Source: a phage
Sequence record: PX393108.1
Reading direction: 5' to 3' (one strand)
DNA: 64,000 nt
The position numbers and the translations under genes are program-made. Positions 61,941 to 64,000 of this stretch are shown here, in pieces; within the stretch, counting starts at the first letter, position 1; every line of letters starts with the position of its first letter. The notes beneath the pieces are model-generated. The model was not told the DNA's origin, did not search any database, and was given only the letters and a program-made list of their open reading frames with translations.

Positions 61941-62146
61941 TACAAAAAGCCTCTCTTGAATTCGACTTGCTTCTCGCCATAATCATATCGAATCTCTGAA
62001 TTAAATTCGACAGAACCATCTGCGTACATCATAAATGAATGCACAACAACTTCTGTAGACCATGGCTGTAGTTCATATTTCTTCATTACATGCCGTGAAA
62101 TGATAATATCTAAATCTTCATTTGGTTTAATCCAGCGATTTAACAT
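61940..62146 (-). CDS. hypothetical protein (68 aa)
   Basis: ORF track; consensus-like early promoter upstream. Confidence 0.5.
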   Translation of the reverse strand: MLNRWIKPNEDLDIIISRHVMKKYELQPWSTEVVVHSFMMYADGSVEFNSEIRYDYGEKQVEFKRGFL

Positions 62147-62172
62147 AGTGCTCTCCTCTATAAGATAATTCT

Positions 62173-62202
62173 ATTATACCATACTCATTTTAGAAAGTAA
62201 AC
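62173..62202 (-). promoter_or_regulatory. T4 early-type promoter (-35 GTTTAC, -10 TATAAT)
   Basis: Reverse complement of gtaaac 62197-62202 and attata 62173-62178. Confidence 0.5.
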
Positions 62203-62218
62203 CGGTAAAATGAAAAAA

Positions 62219-62236
62219 GGACTCCCGGAGGAGTCC
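62219..62236 (-). terminator. rho-independent terminator after soc
   Basis: GGACUCC / GGAGUCC stem followed by UUUUUUCAUUU in transcript orientation. Confidence 0.6.
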
Positions 62237-62242
62237 TTGAAA

Positions 62243-62488
62243 TTATTCACCAGTTACTTTCCACAAATCTTCGTTTGCAGTAATCCATTCAGTACGTTGA
62301 TTTTCTTCATATACTGTAGAATATGCTGCTTTTTCTGAAGGGAATGTCTGGTAATGAGAGCCAGAAATTTTGTGAACGTCAGAATAAAGAGGGAAAGCTA
62401 CAGAAATTTCCTTTCCTTCAATTTTCTTATTTCCATCTAATTTCTGCTCAAACGTTTTGATATTAACATAACCGCGAGTACTAGCCAT
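62243..62488 (-). CDS. soc: Soc small outer capsid protein
   Basis: 81 aa; MASTRGYVNIKTFEQKLDGNKKIEG... matches recalled T4 Soc; late promoter upstream. Confidence 0.9.
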   Translation of the reverse strand: MASTRGYVNIKTFEQKLDGNKKIEGKEISVAFPLYSDVHKISGSHYQTFPSEKAAYSTVYEENQRTEWITANEDLWKVTGE

Positions 62489-62504
62489 GTAATTCTCCTT
62501 TTAT

Positions 62505-62714
62505 TTAAATTACATGATTATTTATAATAAATTCTCGTGGAACGCTAAAATATCCAATTTTAGTTAATATAACAACATCACCGTTAATAACTACCGGAGA
62601 ATAATCGTCTGGAGCATTAAACTTCCAATGAGCTCTAATATTATATCCATCAGAACCAAATGCTCGACTAGCCGGTCTCCCGGCTTTTTGCCATGCATAA
62701 AAATCAAATTTCAT
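62505..62714 (-). CDS. hypothetical protein (69 aa)
   Basis: ORF track. Confidence 0.5.
   Translation of the reverse strand: MKFDFYAWQKAGRPASRAFGSDGYNIRAHWKFNAPDDYSPVVINGDVVILTKIGYFSVPREFIINNHVI
62520..62527 (-). promoter_or_regulatory. T4-type late promoter (TATAAATA) for soc
   Basis: Reverse complement of tatttata about 30 nt upstream of the soc ATG, inside the 3' end of the preceding ORF. Confidence 0.55.
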
Positions 62715-62911
62715 TTTGAATGCTCTATAATTAATTTTAAGGCTTCTTCATGCACCTTACCTAATTGTATATGTCCAGTTTTAATTGTGTAAGCTTTGTG
62801 GAGCTGATTAGATAAGAGCTCACATACGAGCTCCTTGTCATAATTTTTAAATAGCTGGTCAATACGTTTCTTGTGGGCTTTCTTAAGCTGGCGTTTATTT
62901 AAACGAGCCAT
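62711..62911 (-). CDS. hypothetical basic protein (66 aa)
   Basis: ORF track; ATGA overlaps. Confidence 0.5.
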   Translation of the reverse strand: MARLNKRQLKKAHKKRIDQLFKNYDKELVCELLSNQLHKAYTIKTGHIQLGKVHEEALKLIIEHSK

Positions 62912-63429
62912 TAATAACCTCGGTCTTGACGAGCGAAGTTTTCAGCATTTTTCAGATAATAAAGTTTAAAGATTTCTTCAGCAGTAAGGCCGAGACCTTG
63001 GAACATGTTCAGAACGAAATGAAGAATATCAATCATTTCGAATTTAATTTCCAACTGGTCTTGAGGAGACAAATCAGTAATTAGAGTTTCACGACGTTCA
63101 CCATGCTGCGACTTCCAAGGCTTCCATACAGCAGATGCATCTTTTTCACCATTGCTCATACCACCAAGAGAAGTCAGAAGTTCACGGAATTCATCATCAA
63201 TGTAATCTTTCTGATTACGCAGCCAATCGACAACTTCGCCTGCAGTAGCCAAATCATCAGGATGACGGTTATATTCAGGTTTATCTTTAGCTAAACGAAC
63301 CTGCAAAGATTTCTGCATATCAAGCATAACTTGCAGTGGGTCTTTTTCGTCACCGAGAATATCCCAGTATTCATTTTGAGCTTTATCAGCGCCTTCGATC
63401 AGTTGCGAACATTCATTAAAGTAAGCCAT
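62911..63429 (-). CDS. 56: gp56 dCTPase/dUTPase (MazG-like pyrophosphatase)
   Basis: 172 aa from MAYFNECSQLIEG... with SD GGAAAA; the track's longer N-terminus is hydrophobic and lacks an SD. Confidence 0.85.
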   Translation of the reverse strand: MAYFNECSQLIEGADKAQNEYWDILGDEKDPLQVMLDMQKSLQVRLAKDKPEYNRHPDDLATAGEVVDWLRNQKDYIDDEFRELLTSLGGMSNGEKDASAVWKPWKSQHGERRETLITDLSPQDQLEIKFEMIDILHFVLNMFQGLGLTAEEIFKLYYLKNAENFARQDRGY

Positions 63430-63500
63430 TATTTTTCCTTTCAATTCATGGGTTAGTAGATTAATTATACAATAAATATATAAAGCAATAAGGAGGACAT

Positions 63501-63701
63501 ATGGTACAAAAATTAATGGCACTTGTTAATGCCATAAAAGGTAATAAAAAACGTATAGCTTTTACTATTTCTGCTATGGTAGGAATTTTACTTTGGAATT
63601 TTGTTTTATCACCAATTGCTATTGCTCATGGTGTTAATATTCCAGTAATTACTCTTGATACATTCGTAGATTTAGCATTTGCTTTAGTTGGGTTAATTTA
63701 A
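63501..63701 (+). CDS. small two-helix membrane protein (66 aa) on the opposite strand
   Basis: ATG preceded by AAGGAGGA; hydrophobic segments IAFTISAMVGILLWNFVLSPIAIA and IPVITLDTFVDLAFALVGLI; lies between genes 56 and 61. Confidence 0.4.
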   Translation: MVQKLMALVNAIKGNKKRIAFTISAMVGILLWNFVLSPIAIAHGVNIPVITLDTFVDLAFALVGLI

Positions 63702-64000
63702 ATCTTAGCATATTTAGATAGCCGCATTTTAGCCATCAACCCCTGGGCAATATTATTTTTCATATATTCCATAATTTGTTCAGGGGTTGCACCTTCCTTT
63801 CTAATCATATCATTAACATCTTTTGATTTCCAGGGAGATTTGTCCCAAAACATAACCCTTTCTCCTGCATCAACTAATTTAGTCATTCGTTTAATAGTGT
63901 CAGGATGACGAGGTTCATTATCTAAAACCCACACACGTCTATCTTTAAATGGAACAATTTCTAGGTCTAATTGACCACCTGTAATAGCTATACCATTTTC
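63698..64000 (-). CDS. 61: gp61 DNA primase, C-terminal part (N-terminus beyond window end)
   Basis: Open frame continues to the window edge; assignment by position next to gene 56 and by reading the C-terminal peptide. Confidence 0.55.
   Translation of the reverse strand, partial: ENGIAITGGQLDLEIVPFKDRRVWVLDNEPRHPDTIKRMTKLVDAGERVMFWDKSPWKSKDVNDMIRKEGATPEQIMEYMKNNIAQGLMAKMRLSKYAKI

Overview
This window is a contiguous piece of a T-even (T4-like, Tequatrovirus-type) myovirus genome. It runs from alt and gene 30 through a minus-strand early/middle block (30.x, rIII, 31, cd, pseT, alc, rnlA/63, denA, nrdB, nrdA, td, frd, 32, 59, 33, dsbA, rnh), then the plus-strand long-tail-fibre operon 34-35-36-37-38 with holin t, then minus-strand asiA, arn, motA, 52, ac, stp, ndd, denB, rIIB, rIIA, 39, motB, dexA, dda, srd, two Mod ADP-ribosyltransferases, soc, 56 and the 3' end of 61. 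Many products match T4 proteins as I recall them, but the architecture is T2-like rather than T4: td and nrdB are intron-free, gene 39 is one uninterrupted 606-codon ORF, no gene sits between 32 and 59, gp37 is long with a C-terminal intramolecular-chaperone-like domain, and gp38 is a glycine-rich adhesin. No tRNA, rRNA, CRISPR array or transposon was seen. I did not find a convincing wholly novel system. The most interesting material is in lineage-variable accessory ORFs (tandem alt paralogues, an extra ORF at the frd-td junction, a NADAR-like protein, small membrane peptides) and in repeated promoter/hairpin cassettes. Every call rests on reading the sequence and on recalled T4 biology; no database search or folding was run. 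Coordinates of small ORFs absent from the supplied track were derived by hand translation.
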